From Acidobacteriota bacterium (GTDB lineage: Bacteria > Acidobacteriota > Blastocatellia > RBC074): a stretch of 46,910 bases of DNA. Under the pieces are notes generated by a model. That model was not told the DNA's origin. It saw nothing but the letters and a program-made list of their open reading frames with translations, and searched no databases. The stretch is from contig JAFDVL010000015.1 of assembly GCA_018268995.1 (NCBI GenBank), positions 19,532-66,441 on the forward strand. Reading direction: 5' to 3'. Positions 8,569 through 18,477 of the stretch are shown in pieces (position 1 is the stretch's first letter; each line of letters opens with the position of its first letter). Position numbers and translations under genes: made by a program.

Positions 8569-9827
8569 ATCACGTTTTGCGCTCGCAGTTCTTGCACGCG
8601 CTCTGCACTGTAACCAAGAATTTCGCGGTAGACCAATTCATTATGTTCACCGAGTTCCGGCGGTGGTTGATCAAAGCCCGCTTCGGCGGCAGAAAATTTC
8701 ACCGGGAAGCCAGTGCCATAAACATCCGCAACCGCACCAAACTTGGGATGTGTGAGGGGAACCGTTTCGCCGCGTGCAACAACGCGCGGATCGCGCACAG
8801 CGGTTTGTGGATCACGCACTTCTGCGCAAGGCACGCCCGCCGCTTCTAACTTCAGCAACAATTCCGTGTGCGGGATAGTCTTCGTCCAGGCTTCAATGAT
8901 CGCGTTCAGTTCGTTTACATATTTGACCCGCAAATCGCGTGTGCGAAAGCGCTCATCCACGGCCAGATCAGGCCGTTCCATTGCGGCAAAGACGCCTTTG
9001 GCAAACGCATCCTGATGCGCACAAATTGCCACATAACCATCCTGCGCGGCATAAACGCCAAACGGTGCCAGGCGTGGAACTGATTGACCGGTGCGTGTCG
9101 GAATTCCCAACTGTTCCAGCACATCGAACGGCTCACAGGCCACCAGCGAAGTGATCGCACCGAGCATGGAAACGTCTACGAATTGGCCGACGCCCGTTTG
9201 CTCGGCCACGCGCAAAGCTGAAAGCACGCCGATCACGCCAAATAGCGGCGTCACCAAGTCCCCAAAGGTCACGCCAACGCGCACGGGCGGCTCATCAGGA
9301 GAGCCGGAAGTCATCATCAACCCGCTGAGCGCCTGAATGATTGCGTCAAAGGCCTTGCCGGATGAATTGCTTTGCGCATCGCTGCCAAAGCCCGTTAAGG
9401 CGCAATACACAGCGCGCGGATTCACTTCGCGCACAAAGCTGTAACCAACGCCCAGCCGATCCATTGTGCCGCGACTGAAGTTTTCAAAGACGATGTCCGA
9501 TTGCTTCACCAAATCGGCAAAGACTTCGCGCGCGCTTGGATGTTTCAAATTGAGCGTGATGCCCAATTTGTTGCGCATGCGGTTGAGCGTCGAAACCGAA
9601 ATATCGTCGCAGGTTTCGCGCACCAGCTTGGCTCCCTCCTGGCCCAGATAAGGCGCATTGTTGCGCGCCGGGTCTTCGCTCAAAGGATTCTCCACCTTGA
9701 TAACGCGCGCACCTAACGCCCCCAGCAACAGGGTGGCATACGGCCCCGCCAGCGCGATGGTCAAATCCAGAACGGTGACACCCGCTAAAGGGCGGGTTTT
9801 AGATAAAGATTCATTCAAAGCTTCCAC
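8565..9827 (-). CDS. CoA-transferase family III (CaiB/BaiF-type)
   Basis: 420-aa ORF. N-terminal PLAGVTVLDLTIALAGPYATLLLGALGARVIKVE is the characteristic family III CoA-transferase N-terminus. GTG start at 9827. Confidence 0.8.
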   Translation of the reverse strand: MEALNESLSKTRPLAGVTVLDLTIALAGPYATLLLGALGARVIKVENPLSEDPARNNAPYLGQEGAKLVRETCDDISVSTLNRMRNKLGITLNLKHPSAREVFADLVKQSDIVFENFSRGTMDRLGVGYSFVREVNPRAVYCALTGFGSDAQSNSSGKAFDAIIQALSGLMMTSGSPDEPPVRVGVTFGDLVTPLFGVIGVLSALRVAEQTGVGQFVDVSMLGAITSLVACEPFDVLEQLGIPTRTGQSVPRLAPFGVYAAQDGYVAICAHQDAFAKGVFAAMERPDLAVDERFRTRDLRVKYVNELNAIIEAWTKTIPHTELLLKLEAAGVPCAEVRDPQTAVRDPRVVARGETVPLTHPKFGAVADVYGTGFPVKFSAAEAGFDQPPPELGEHNELVYREILGYSAERVQELRAQNVI

Positions 9828-10053
9828 ACATCTACCTCATAAAATATTTCCCGCGTACTATACTGCGGCTGCCGTTCACAGCAAACCATCCCAGTTAAAT
9901 CGCAAAGCACGGCAGACCAAAAGAAGCCAAATGCTGCTTTTCAAATCAGCTCTTTCTCGAAATATACTGCAATTGCCTTTTCACGCTGCTAGTAATATAT
10001 TGCGCGTACTTTAAGTTAAGGATTTTCCTTTCTCAAAAAGACTTGGAGACCCA

Positions 10054-11301
10054 ATGGCTAACGCAAATCTTGGATTAATTGCAGGCTGGGACGATGTGTG
10101 GCTGGTGGAAGGGGTACGCACTCCATTTGTGGATTACACTGGCGCGCTGTCGTTAATTTCCCCAATTGATCTGGGCATCAAAGTTGCACGCGAAGTCTTT
10201 CAGCGTTCCGGGCTATCTGCCACAGACGTGGGCACCGTGGTGACCGGCAATGTCGCGCAAACCAGCTTTGACGCTTTTATGTTACCGCGCCATATCGGGT
10301 TGTATTCCGGCGTGCCGCAAACCACACCCGCGCATCTGGTTCAGCGCGTCTGCGGCACAGGCATCGAAGCGATTATGCAGGTCGCCGACACCGTTGCACT
10401 GGGCCGAACGCAGCTTGGTCTGGCAGTTTGCGCGGAATCCATGAGCCGGAACCCCATTGCCGCTTACACGCACCGCAACGGTTTTCGGTTGGGGCAGGTC
10501 GAATTCAAAGATTTTCTGTGGGAGGCGCTGCTCGATACCGGATCGAATTGCACAATGGGGCAAACGGCGGAAAATTTAGCGCGGCAATATCAGATCACTC
10601 GCGTGGAAGTGGACAAGTACGCTGAACGCAGCTTTGCGCGCGCCCTTATTGCACAGGAAACAGGATTTCTGGCTGGCGAGATCGCAGCAATCACGGACGA
10701 AGTTTTTGCCATCGAAGGCTTGCAACCACGCGGCATCAAACTTCCGCGCAATGCAAAAGAAGTGACCAGTGATACACACATTCGCCCATCTTCATACGAG
10801 GCACTGGCGAAAATCCGTCCTGCCTTTGGTGGCGTGCAAACAGGTGGCAATAGTTCGGCAATTGTGGATGGCGCAGCAGCGGCGCTCATCGCATCAGGCA
10901 CGTATCTGCGGGATCATAATCAACGACCGCTGGGCAAATTGATTGCCGGGGCTTCGGTCGGAGTTCAGCCGCAGTTTATGGGCATCGGCCCGGTTCCGGC
11001 GATTCAAGCGGTTGTAGCAAAGGCTGGCCTGATGCTTGCTGATATTGATCGTTTTGAAATCAATGAAGCATTCGGGGCACAAGTGATGGCCTGTGCGCGT
11101 GAACTCGACCTGGACGAAAACAAGCTGAATGTTAACGGCGGCGCAATCGCCATCGGGCATCCGTTGGCTGCCACGGGCATTCGATTGTCGGTAACTGTTG
11201 CGCGCGAACTGCAACGATCCGGGTTGCGGTACGGCATTGCTTCGGCTTGCATTGGCGGCGGGCAAGGCATCGCTTTACTGGTTGAAAACCCGGCAACATA
11301 A
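10054..11301 (+). CDS. Thiolase (acetyl-CoA C-acyltransferase family)
   Basis: 415-aa ORF. VQRVCGTGIEAI contains the active-site Cys region. C-terminal ASACIGGGQGIALLVE is the thiolase signature (CxGGGxG). Confidence 0.85.
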   Translation: MANANLGLIAGWDDVWLVEGVRTPFVDYTGALSLISPIDLGIKVAREVFQRSGLSATDVGTVVTGNVAQTSFDAFMLPRHIGLYSGVPQTTPAHLVQRVCGTGIEAIMQVADTVALGRTQLGLAVCAESMSRNPIAAYTHRNGFRLGQVEFKDFLWEALLDTGSNCTMGQTAENLARQYQITRVEVDKYAERSFARALIAQETGFLAGEIAAITDEVFAIEGLQPRGIKLPRNAKEVTSDTHIRPSSYEALAKIRPAFGGVQTGGNSSAIVDGAAAALIASGTYLRDHNQRPLGKLIAGASVGVQPQFMGIGPVPAIQAVVAKAGLMLADIDRFEINEAFGAQVMACARELDLDENKLNVNGGAIAIGHPLAATGIRLSVTVARELQRSGLRYGIASACIGGGQGIALLVENPAT

Positions 11302-11365
11302 CTTTTCATTTACAGCCAAGAAGCTGCCTGGCTAAATTATCAGGCAACGGATTCAAATCAACGTT

Positions 11366-11758
11366 ATGGCGAAACGACGCAGCATTGAAATTCCAGGGTT
11401 GCAACACGAAAACCCGATTCCGGCAGCCTGTCAGATTGGCCCGTTTCTGGTTTCGGGCGGCATTTTTGGCAAAGACCCAGCCACTGGCACAATTCCGCCG
11501 GACATCGAAACGCAATGCGCGCTGATGTTCAGCAATATTCGTTTGATTCTGACGGCAGCAGGCGGCACAAGCGAAGACATCATCAAACTGACCATTTGGC
11601 TGAAAGACAAAGCAGACCGCCCGCACGTCAATCGTGAATGGTTGGCGATGTTTCCTGATGAACATTCACGACCTGCGCGGCATTCCTTCACGTTACCGGA
11701 TTTGCCAGGCAATGCGCGTGTGCAATGCGAAATCATGGCAATCCTGACATCCGACTGA
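11366..11758 (+). CDS. ridA: RidA/YjgF/endoribonuclease L-PSP family protein
   Basis: 130-aa ORF whose size and conserved C-terminal region (ARVQCEIMAIL) are typical of the Rid family. It lies 64 bp after the thiolase gene. Confidence 0.75.
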   Translation: MAKRRSIEIPGLQHENPIPAACQIGPFLVSGGIFGKDPATGTIPPDIETQCALMFSNIRLILTAAGGTSEDIIKLTIWLKDKADRPHVNREWLAMFPDEHSRPARHSFTLPDLPGNARVQCEIMAILTSD

Positions 11759-11775
11759 TATATGCTGACGGCGAT

Positions 11776-13344
11776 ATGAAACAAGCGCGATTCCAACGTC
11801 ATGTGATCCGACTTGCCATCCTCATTGCTGGTCTTGGCTTGTTTGTGATGATTGTGCGCCGAGGGACGGCGGGTTATCAGGGAACGCCGCAAGCGTTGCA
11901 ATGGATTGAGGCAGGTGCGGGCGGTCTGTTGCCTGCCGAACTCCATTTTGAGAATGCCCTTGGTAAGCTTGGGGTTCTCAATACTTCCGGGCCAATCGAG
12001 ATGAAGGGCCATCCGTTCTTTGAACCGCTCGGCATCAATCCGCGTGGCTGTATCACCTGCCATCAACCGGCGCATGCGATGAGCGTTTCTGTAGACGCTT
12101 TGCGTGAACGCTGGCGCGCAACAAAAGGCGAAGACCCTATTTTTGCCGCCGTGGATGGATCGAATAATCCCAAGCTACCACAGGCGCTCGAAAGCTCGCA
12201 TTCATTGCTGCTCAATCGCGGATTGTTTCGGGTCGGCCTGCAATGGCCACCGCGTGATCATCACGGCAAAGTCGTCCAACCCGAATTTTCTATTGAGGTC
12301 GTGCGCGATCCGACAGGTGTGAATCTGGACGACACGTATGGGCTGAAAGGTGTGAATCCGACGGTTTCCGTCTTTCGCCGTCCACGTCCATCGGCCAATT
12401 TGAAATATGTGATGTCGCCTGATGATGTCTTCAACATTAAGACTGGAGTCTTGATGGCGACTGACCCGGAAACGGGCAAACCCGTCAGCATGAACCTGAT
12501 GGCAGACGCGCGGCATCTGACGCTGAAACAACAGGCTTTCGGCGCATACAAAGATCATCAGGAAGGACGTCAGGGAGCATTACCGCGCGAAGAAATAGAA
12601 AAGATTCTCGCCTTTGAAAATCAGGTGTATGTGGCGCAAAGCTTTGACCGCTGGGGCCGGAGCCTGGTGGAAGCGGGCGGCCCCATTGGACTTGGGCCAA
12701 AGGCAATGGCCGAAGGAAAGGTTCACGTCCTGGCTAATAACAATCGTGATCCAGTCTTTCGCGTGTTTGATGCCTGGAAAAAGCCTGACGCGATGCCGAA
12801 AGATCTGTCTCTCGAACAACGGGAATTTCGCGCTTCGGTCGCGCGCGGCAATGATGTGTTTATGTTCCGACAATTCTGGATTCGCGATGCGGCGCACATT
12901 AACTCCATTGGCTTGGGCAATCCGATCAAACGAACCTGTGCGACCTGCCACAACACACAGATGACAGGGCAAGACCTTGCGCCCGGTTGGGTAGACGTGG
13001 GCACAACAAACTATCCGACGTGGACAGAACCGCCCGTTTTCAGTGACAAAGCCGAGCTGCCCGTTTTTAAATGCACCTGTGACAAATCAGCGCCGCCGCA
13101 TCCATATCTGGGACGCGTGATTTACACAAACGATCCGGGACGGGCCTTGATTACGGGCAAATGCGCTGACATCGGCTCCATTGTGATGGGGCAGTTTCGC
13201 GGATTGGCTGCCCGCGCGCCGTATTTCTCCAATGGTTCGGCAAAGAACCTGCGCGAACTCGTAGACTTTTACGACCGCCGCTTTGATATGAAATTGAGCG
13301 AACAGGAAAAAGTGGATTTAGTGAACTTTCTAAGTGTGTTGTGA
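11776..13344 (+). CDS. Diheme cytochrome c, cytochrome-c peroxidase/MauG family (membrane anchored)
   Basis: Two CXXCH motifs (CITCHQP, CATCHNT) plus a C-terminal APYFSNGSAKNLRELVDFY resembling the PYFHNGS region of CCP/MauG. The track start at 11725 overlaps ridA, so I chose the ATG at 11776, which precedes a TM helix (LAILIAGLGLFVMIV). Spacing between the hemes (about 295 residues) is longer than in canonical CCPs. Confidence 0.6.
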   Translation: MKQARFQRHVIRLAILIAGLGLFVMIVRRGTAGYQGTPQALQWIEAGAGGLLPAELHFENALGKLGVLNTSGPIEMKGHPFFEPLGINPRGCITCHQPAHAMSVSVDALRERWRATKGEDPIFAAVDGSNNPKLPQALESSHSLLLNRGLFRVGLQWPPRDHHGKVVQPEFSIEVVRDPTGVNLDDTYGLKGVNPTVSVFRRPRPSANLKYVMSPDDVFNIKTGVLMATDPETGKPVSMNLMADARHLTLKQQAFGAYKDHQEGRQGALPREEIEKILAFENQVYVAQSFDRWGRSLVEAGGPIGLGPKAMAEGKVHVLANNNRDPVFRVFDAWKKPDAMPKDLSLEQREFRASVARGNDVFMFRQFWIRDAAHINSIGLGNPIKRTCATCHNTQMTGQDLAPGWVDVGTTNYPTWTEPPVFSDKAELPVFKCTCDKSAPPHPYLGRVIYTNDPGRALITGKCADIGSIVMGQFRGLAARAPYFSNGSAKNLRELVDFYDRRFDMKLSEQEKVDLVNFLSVL

Positions 13345-13353
13345 GGGACAGGG

Positions 13354-14124
13354 ATGAAAAAAGCGCTGACCATTTTGATCGTCGCCATCGGGTTGATTTT
13401 CCCTGACGGGACTGAGGCCACGCGGGAAGACAAACCGCCCGCGAATCGGCGCAACTTCGTGGCCTGCCCGATTGTGCGCGACACAAAAACCTTGCCGTGC
13501 TGGCTGGCGGAATATGAGGGCGAGTTGTATTTCTTGGGTTTGCAGGGCAGCAGTGCTTCAGAATTTTATCCACCACAGTTGAATCACGAAGTTTTGGTCG
13601 AAGGCACTGTCACCAATGAGCCGCGCATTTGCGGTGGCATTCCGCTCAGACCGGTTAAGATTTCGGTGATTACAGAACTCAATCGCGCCTGCAATACGCT
13701 GTTGCCTGCGGAAGACGGGAGGGAAGCGCCCGCCGCACCTGCACGACGCTTTACAGACGACATGCGAAAGGCGGGGACGGAGACAACTCAACGTGACTTT
13801 ACAGTCCCGTTTGACTTTGATAGTGATTACCTGACCTTTCACACGACACGGATTTTGAGTGAGGCTGCGCGCATTGCCAAGGCCGTGAACGCCGCAAAGA
13901 TCGAAGTGCTGGGCTATCGCGCGACAACGTGGTTGTCCAATGGCAACAGGTTGATGGAAGCGCAAACCATTGCTGAAAAGCGAGCGAAAAAAGTTGGCGA
14001 AATTCTGGTCGGGTTGGGGATTTCGGCTTCCGCCGTCAGCGTGAATTGGAATCCCACCCCGGAATCATGCGATGGCGTGACTGATCCTGAAAAACGTCGT
14101 GTGACGATCAGGATTATGCCCTGA
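13354..14124 (+). CDS. Secreted OmpA-C-like domain protein
   Basis: 256-aa ORF with a signal peptide (MKKALTILIVAIGLIF). The C-terminal part carries FDFDSDYL...IEVLGYRA...NGNRLMEAQTIAEKRAKKV...KRRVTIRI, resembling the OmpA/MotB peptidoglycan-binding domain. Confidence 0.5.
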   Translation: MKKALTILIVAIGLIFPDGTEATREDKPPANRRNFVACPIVRDTKTLPCWLAEYEGELYFLGLQGSSASEFYPPQLNHEVLVEGTVTNEPRICGGIPLRPVKISVITELNRACNTLLPAEDGREAPAAPARRFTDDMRKAGTETTQRDFTVPFDFDSDYLTFHTTRILSEAARIAKAVNAAKIEVLGYRATTWLSNGNRLMEAQTIAEKRAKKVGEILVGLGISASAVSVNWNPTPESCDGVTDPEKRRVTIRIMP

Positions 14125-14185
14125 CAGACAACTGAAAATTTTTCGATGCGATAAGCAATCAACGGGAGAAAAAAGAAGCGTTTTG

Positions 14186-16855
14186 ATGAGCCAACGACAG
14201 AAAGCGAAGTGGGGTCTGAGTTTCTGCTGGAGCATTTTTTTTGTGCTCCTGACACCCTCGGTGTTTCCTCAAGTCACGCCGACAAAGCCCGCTACGACGC
14301 AGGAAAAGCCGAAGCCCGAAACTGGCGCACCGACGACAGAAGGCAATCAGAATCAACGCACACAATTGAATCTGCTCGGCCAGACCGACACGTCTTCAGG
14401 CGAGAGCCGCCGCAACGAAAACGTGCAATTCAATCTGATTGACAACAATTCGCTGCGCGAACTCAACCTGCGCGTTGGCACGACTGCAACGCTGGTGCCG
14501 GAATTCCAAGCCACGCGAAATTTCTTCGGCGCAGAATATGGTGCGCCGCCTGCCCCGTCCGTACATTTGCCCCGCACCAAAATCGGCGGCATCCACGGCA
14601 GTTTGTTTGAGACGCATAACAACAGCATCTTCAGCGCCCGTGCGTTCTTTCAGGTTGGCAGCGTCAAGCCTGCGCGTGAAAACAATTACGGCTTCAATCT
14701 GGGCATTCCGTTAACCAGCCGAACGTATCTTTTGCTGGATGGGACGCAACAAAAAGTGCGCGGTGTTGTCAACGGCAACGTGCTCGTGCCCAAAGCCGAT
14801 GAACGCACGCCGCTCGCCACCGATCCAGCGTTGCGCCGCATCGTCGAACGTTACTTGTCTGCCTATCCGAACGAATTGCCGAATCGCACCGACATTGACC
14901 CGCGCGCGCTAAACACGAACGCGCCGCAACGCATCAACACCGACAGTGCCAGCGCGCGATTGGATCACACGATCAATAGCCGCGACCGCCTGGCGTTGCG
15001 TTATGCCTTCACCGGGCAGGTTGTGAACCCGTTCCAGTTCATCGCCGGGCAAAACCCGGACACGTTCATCAAATCGCACCAGGGGCGCATCACGTGGCAG
15101 CGCGCGTGGAATGCCAGCACAGTCGGTGATTTTTCTATCGGCTTTGATCGCACGACTTCACTGCTCAGGCCGGAGAAAAATGCCGTAGGGCCGACGGTCA
15201 ACGTGGGTGGAGCAATTACCGGATTGGGGCCGCCACCGCCGATTCCGATCAATCGGGCCTTGAATAATTTTCGCTACGCCGCTGCTTTGCAACAGGTGCG
15301 CGGCAATCATCGGCTGAGCTTTGGCGCTGAAGTTTTTCGTACACAGATCAATGGCAGTGAACCCGACGGTGAGCGCGGCATTGTGACATTTGCCAATGAT
15401 GGGGGGCGCGATGCGCTGACCAATTTCCGGCTGGGATTGCCGTTGCAATACACGCTGGCCGTTGGCAATACACATCGCGGCTTTCGCAATTGGATCGCGA
15501 ACGGATACGTCGGCGACAATTGGCGCGCAAGCAGCAAGTTGCAAGTTAATTTCGGACTCCGCTACGGCATTGTCACGCGCCCATCGGAAGTGAACGGGTT
15601 GAACGAATTTCCCTTTGGCTGCGATTGCAACAATGCCGCGCCGTATTTGGGCTTTGCGTATCGCCTGTCCGAAAAACTTGGCATCGTGCGGGCGAATTTC
15701 GGCACGCATTTCGGCCAGATTTTCCCCGTGACGTATGGCCAGATTCGGCTGAATCCACCGGGCAGTTTTCGACTCGTCGTGAATCAACCGAATCTGCTGA
15801 ATCCGCTGGGCGCACTCGACCTCAACAACATTCCGCGCAACACGCGCAGCAGCACGTTTACTTTTTCGCCGGATTTCGTGTCGCCGTACACGCATCAATA
15901 CAACTTCAGTTGGGAACCGACGTTGACGAAATACGTTCGGCTGCAACTCGGCTATGTTGGCAGCCGCGCACACAAGCTATTTCAAATGTGGTTTGGCAAT
16001 CGCGCGCAAAACGTGCCGGGCATTCCGCTCACGAATGCGACGGTCAATCAGCGCCGCCCCAATCCCAACGTGCTTGAAGGGATTAGCTTTCTGAACGCCT
16101 CGCGCGCGTGGTATGACGCGGGGCGCGTTTCCATCGTGCTGAATGAATGGCACGGCATCTCGTTCGATGCGTCATACTGGTTCAGCAAATCGCTTGATCT
16201 CGGTCACGATTACACCAACACGCTTTCCGGCCCGGATGGTCGTGTTGCCACGAGCCAAACGGAATTTGAGGTGCAGCGAGATTTGAAAGGCCGCAGCGGC
16301 TTCGATCAGCCGCACGCCTTTCTGACGCGGGCTTCGTGGCAAACACCGAAGCTGGCAGGCGCGCCGAGGTGGTTGCGTGGCAGCTTTGGCAATTGGAATT
16401 TCTCGTCGGTGACGCTGCTGAAAAACGGCACGCCGTTTATGGTTCTTTCCGGTTCTGACGCACCGGGCTTTGGCAATGTAGATGGCAACGCCAACGACCG
16501 CCCGAACCTGTTGGATGTCTCGTTGTTGGGACGCACGATTGGCGATCCTGATACGTCTACGCAATTGTTGCCGCGCGCGGCGTTTCAATTCATTCAGCCG
16601 ACCGCAGGCGCAGGCACGCTCGGACGCAACGTATTTCGGCGCGGAAAAATCGCCAATGTGAATGCGGCGCTTGCGCGGACGTGGACGCTGCGCGCACCTG
16701 CAACACTGACGTTTCGGGCAGAGTCCATCAACCTGTTCAATACGCCGCAATTTGCTGAGCCGACGCGCGAACTGACTTCGCCGAGTTTTGGCAGGATCAC
16801 CAACACCCTGAATGACGGGCGCACATTTCGGTTTACGTTGCGCGTAAGTTTTTAA
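14186..16855 (+). CDS. TonB-dependent-receptor-like outer-membrane beta-barrel protein
   Basis: About 889 aa with a signal peptide. It has a long beta-rich, Gly/Asn/Tyr-rich sequence and a C-terminal ...FRFTLRVSF ending in Phe, typical of outer-membrane barrels. The track start at 14183 is TTG, with an ATG at 14186. Confidence 0.55.
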   Translation: MSQRQKAKWGLSFCWSIFFVLLTPSVFPQVTPTKPATTQEKPKPETGAPTTEGNQNQRTQLNLLGQTDTSSGESRRNENVQFNLIDNNSLRELNLRVGTTATLVPEFQATRNFFGAEYGAPPAPSVHLPRTKIGGIHGSLFETHNNSIFSARAFFQVGSVKPARENNYGFNLGIPLTSRTYLLLDGTQQKVRGVVNGNVLVPKADERTPLATDPALRRIVERYLSAYPNELPNRTDIDPRALNTNAPQRINTDSASARLDHTINSRDRLALRYAFTGQVVNPFQFIAGQNPDTFIKSHQGRITWQRAWNASTVGDFSIGFDRTTSLLRPEKNAVGPTVNVGGAITGLGPPPPIPINRALNNFRYAAALQQVRGNHRLSFGAEVFRTQINGSEPDGERGIVTFANDGGRDALTNFRLGLPLQYTLAVGNTHRGFRNWIANGYVGDNWRASSKLQVNFGLRYGIVTRPSEVNGLNEFPFGCDCNNAAPYLGFAYRLSEKLGIVRANFGTHFGQIFPVTYGQIRLNPPGSFRLVVNQPNLLNPLGALDLNNIPRNTRSSTFTFSPDFVSPYTHQYNFSWEPTLTKYVRLQLGYVGSRAHKLFQMWFGNRAQNVPGIPLTNATVNQRRPNPNVLEGISFLNASRAWYDAGRVSIVLNEWHGISFDASYWFSKSLDLGHDYTNTLSGPDGRVATSQTEFEVQRDLKGRSGFDQPHAFLTRASWQTPKLAGAPRWLRGSFGNWNFSSVTLLKNGTPFMVLSGSDAPGFGNVDGNANDRPNLLDVSLLGRTIGDPDTSTQLLPRAAFQFIQPTAGAGTLGRNVFRRGKIANVNAALARTWTLRAPATLTFRAESINLFNTPQFAEPTRELTSPSFGRITNTLNDGRTFRFTLRVSF

Positions 16856-16923
16856 ATTGAGTTCTGAGCTGAATTCACACGGGTAGTTGCAAAACACAAT
16901 CTATATTTTCATGGAGCTTGATT

Positions 16924-18453
16924 ATGCGAGCTTGTATCACTTGTATCACTTTTCTGCTCATTATCGCCGTAGAGGCGCAAACAGCGTGGGCCGACGGGAC
17001 AAAATGCGCGGCAATCGCCTCCGCTGCGTTTGGGTCAGACGTGAAAATTGCTTCCGCGACACTGGTGGCCGCAACAGCGCAAGCGCCGGAACACTGCGAC
17101 GTGCGTGGCGTGATTCTGCCGGAAGCCAAATTCGCCGTGAAGTTACCGACCAATTGGAATCAGCGATTTTATATGGTCGGCGGCGGTGGATTCGCGGGAC
17201 AGCTCAGTCTTGGCCCAATGAATCCAGGCCTGCAAAAAGGCTATGTCACGGCAACGACCGACACCGGGCACGATGCGGCAAAAGAACCGCTCGGAACATT
17301 TGCTGAACGTCGCGCCGGCAATCCAAACGCGGATCGCAAGAAACTGGATTACGCCTATCTCGCCGTCCACAACACAGCAGTGCTGGCCAAACAAATCATC
17401 AAGGCGTATTACGGCAATGACCCAAAATATTCGTATTGGGTCGGCTGTTCGACAGGCGGGCGACAGGGATTGATGGAAGCGCAACGCTATCCCGAAGATT
17501 TTGATGGTTATGTGATTGGCGCGCCCGTGCTGAAAATTTCATACGAAGGAATGCGCGGTATTTGGAATGCGCAGGCAGTGTCCACAGGTGCAGGCGCAAT
17601 TTCATATGACAAGCTGCCATTGCTCGCCGAAGCGGTGTACAAAAAATGTGATGGTCTTGACAGTCTGAAAGACGGACTGATTACCGACCCGCGCCGTTGC
17701 AATTTTGATCCGCTGCAAGATTTGCCGAAATGCGCCAATGACGTGGCGGGCAAAGATTGCTTCACGACCGCGCAAATGCAGGGGTTGAAAAAAGTCTACG
17801 GTGGCGTACGGAACTCAAAAGGAGCGTTGCTCTATCCGGGGCAACCGCTCGGCGCAGAAATCTCGGTGAATAGTCGCAGCGGCTGGATGGGCAGTATTGG
17901 CGGCGATGGCGGCATGGGTCTGGGCTTTGGGGAATCCACGATGCGCTTTCTCGCTTTTGAGCCGCAACGTGGTAAGGATTGGAACTGGAAACAATTCAAT
18001 TTCGATACTGATCCGCCGCAGATTGCTACGTTTTCTAAAATGATTGATGCGATCCATCCCGACCTAGCGAAGCTGAAAAAACGCGGCGGCAAAATTATTC
18101 ATTATCACGGCTGGGCTGATGCGCTCGTGAATCCGCAAATGTCTGTGGATTATTACGAGTCTGTGCTGAAAAAGATGGGCGCGCGGCAAGTCAAAGAATT
18201 TTACAAGCTGTACATGATTCCCGGCATGTTTCATTGCGCAGGCGGCGTGGGCTGTGATCGTGCTGACTGGTTTACGCCACTGGTGGATTGGGTGGAAAAA
18301 GGCATTGCACCCGATGTGCTGAACGGAGCACGCGTTGTAAATAACGCAACTGTAATGACGCGTCCTCATTGCCCGTATCCGCAAATACCAAAATACAAAG
18401 GTAGTGGCGACAGTAACCAGGCCGAAAATTTTACGTGCGAATCAGCGCGGTAA
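16924..18453 (+). CDS. Tannase/feruloyl esterase family alpha/beta hydrolase (secreted)
   Basis: Signal peptide MRACITCITFLLIIAVEAQTAWA. The GCSTGG motif (WVGCSTGGRQGL) is diagnostic of the tannase/feruloyl-esterase family. The track start at 16918 is TTG, with an ATG at 16924. Confidence 0.8.
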   Translation: MRACITCITFLLIIAVEAQTAWADGTKCAAIASAAFGSDVKIASATLVAATAQAPEHCDVRGVILPEAKFAVKLPTNWNQRFYMVGGGGFAGQLSLGPMNPGLQKGYVTATTDTGHDAAKEPLGTFAERRAGNPNADRKKLDYAYLAVHNTAVLAKQIIKAYYGNDPKYSYWVGCSTGGRQGLMEAQRYPEDFDGYVIGAPVLKISYEGMRGIWNAQAVSTGAGAISYDKLPLLAEAVYKKCDGLDSLKDGLITDPRRCNFDPLQDLPKCANDVAGKDCFTTAQMQGLKKVYGGVRNSKGALLYPGQPLGAEISVNSRSGWMGSIGGDGGMGLGFGESTMRFLAFEPQRGKDWNWKQFNFDTDPPQIATFSKMIDAIHPDLAKLKKRGGKIIHYHGWADALVNPQMSVDYYESVLKKMGARQVKEFYKLYMIPGMFHCAGGVGCDRADWFTPLVDWVEKGIAPDVLNGARVVNNATVMTRPHCPYPQIPKYKGSGDSNQAENFTCESAR

Positions 18454-18477
18454 TTCAATAGGGGAAGGAAAACCTCC

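Noticed and set aside
15158-16897. Minus-strand ORFs of 271 and 241 aa overlapping the TonB-dependent-receptor-like gene
   Set aside because: They are antisense to a long coherent barrel-protein ORF. Their translations are Arg/Ala-rich low complexity.
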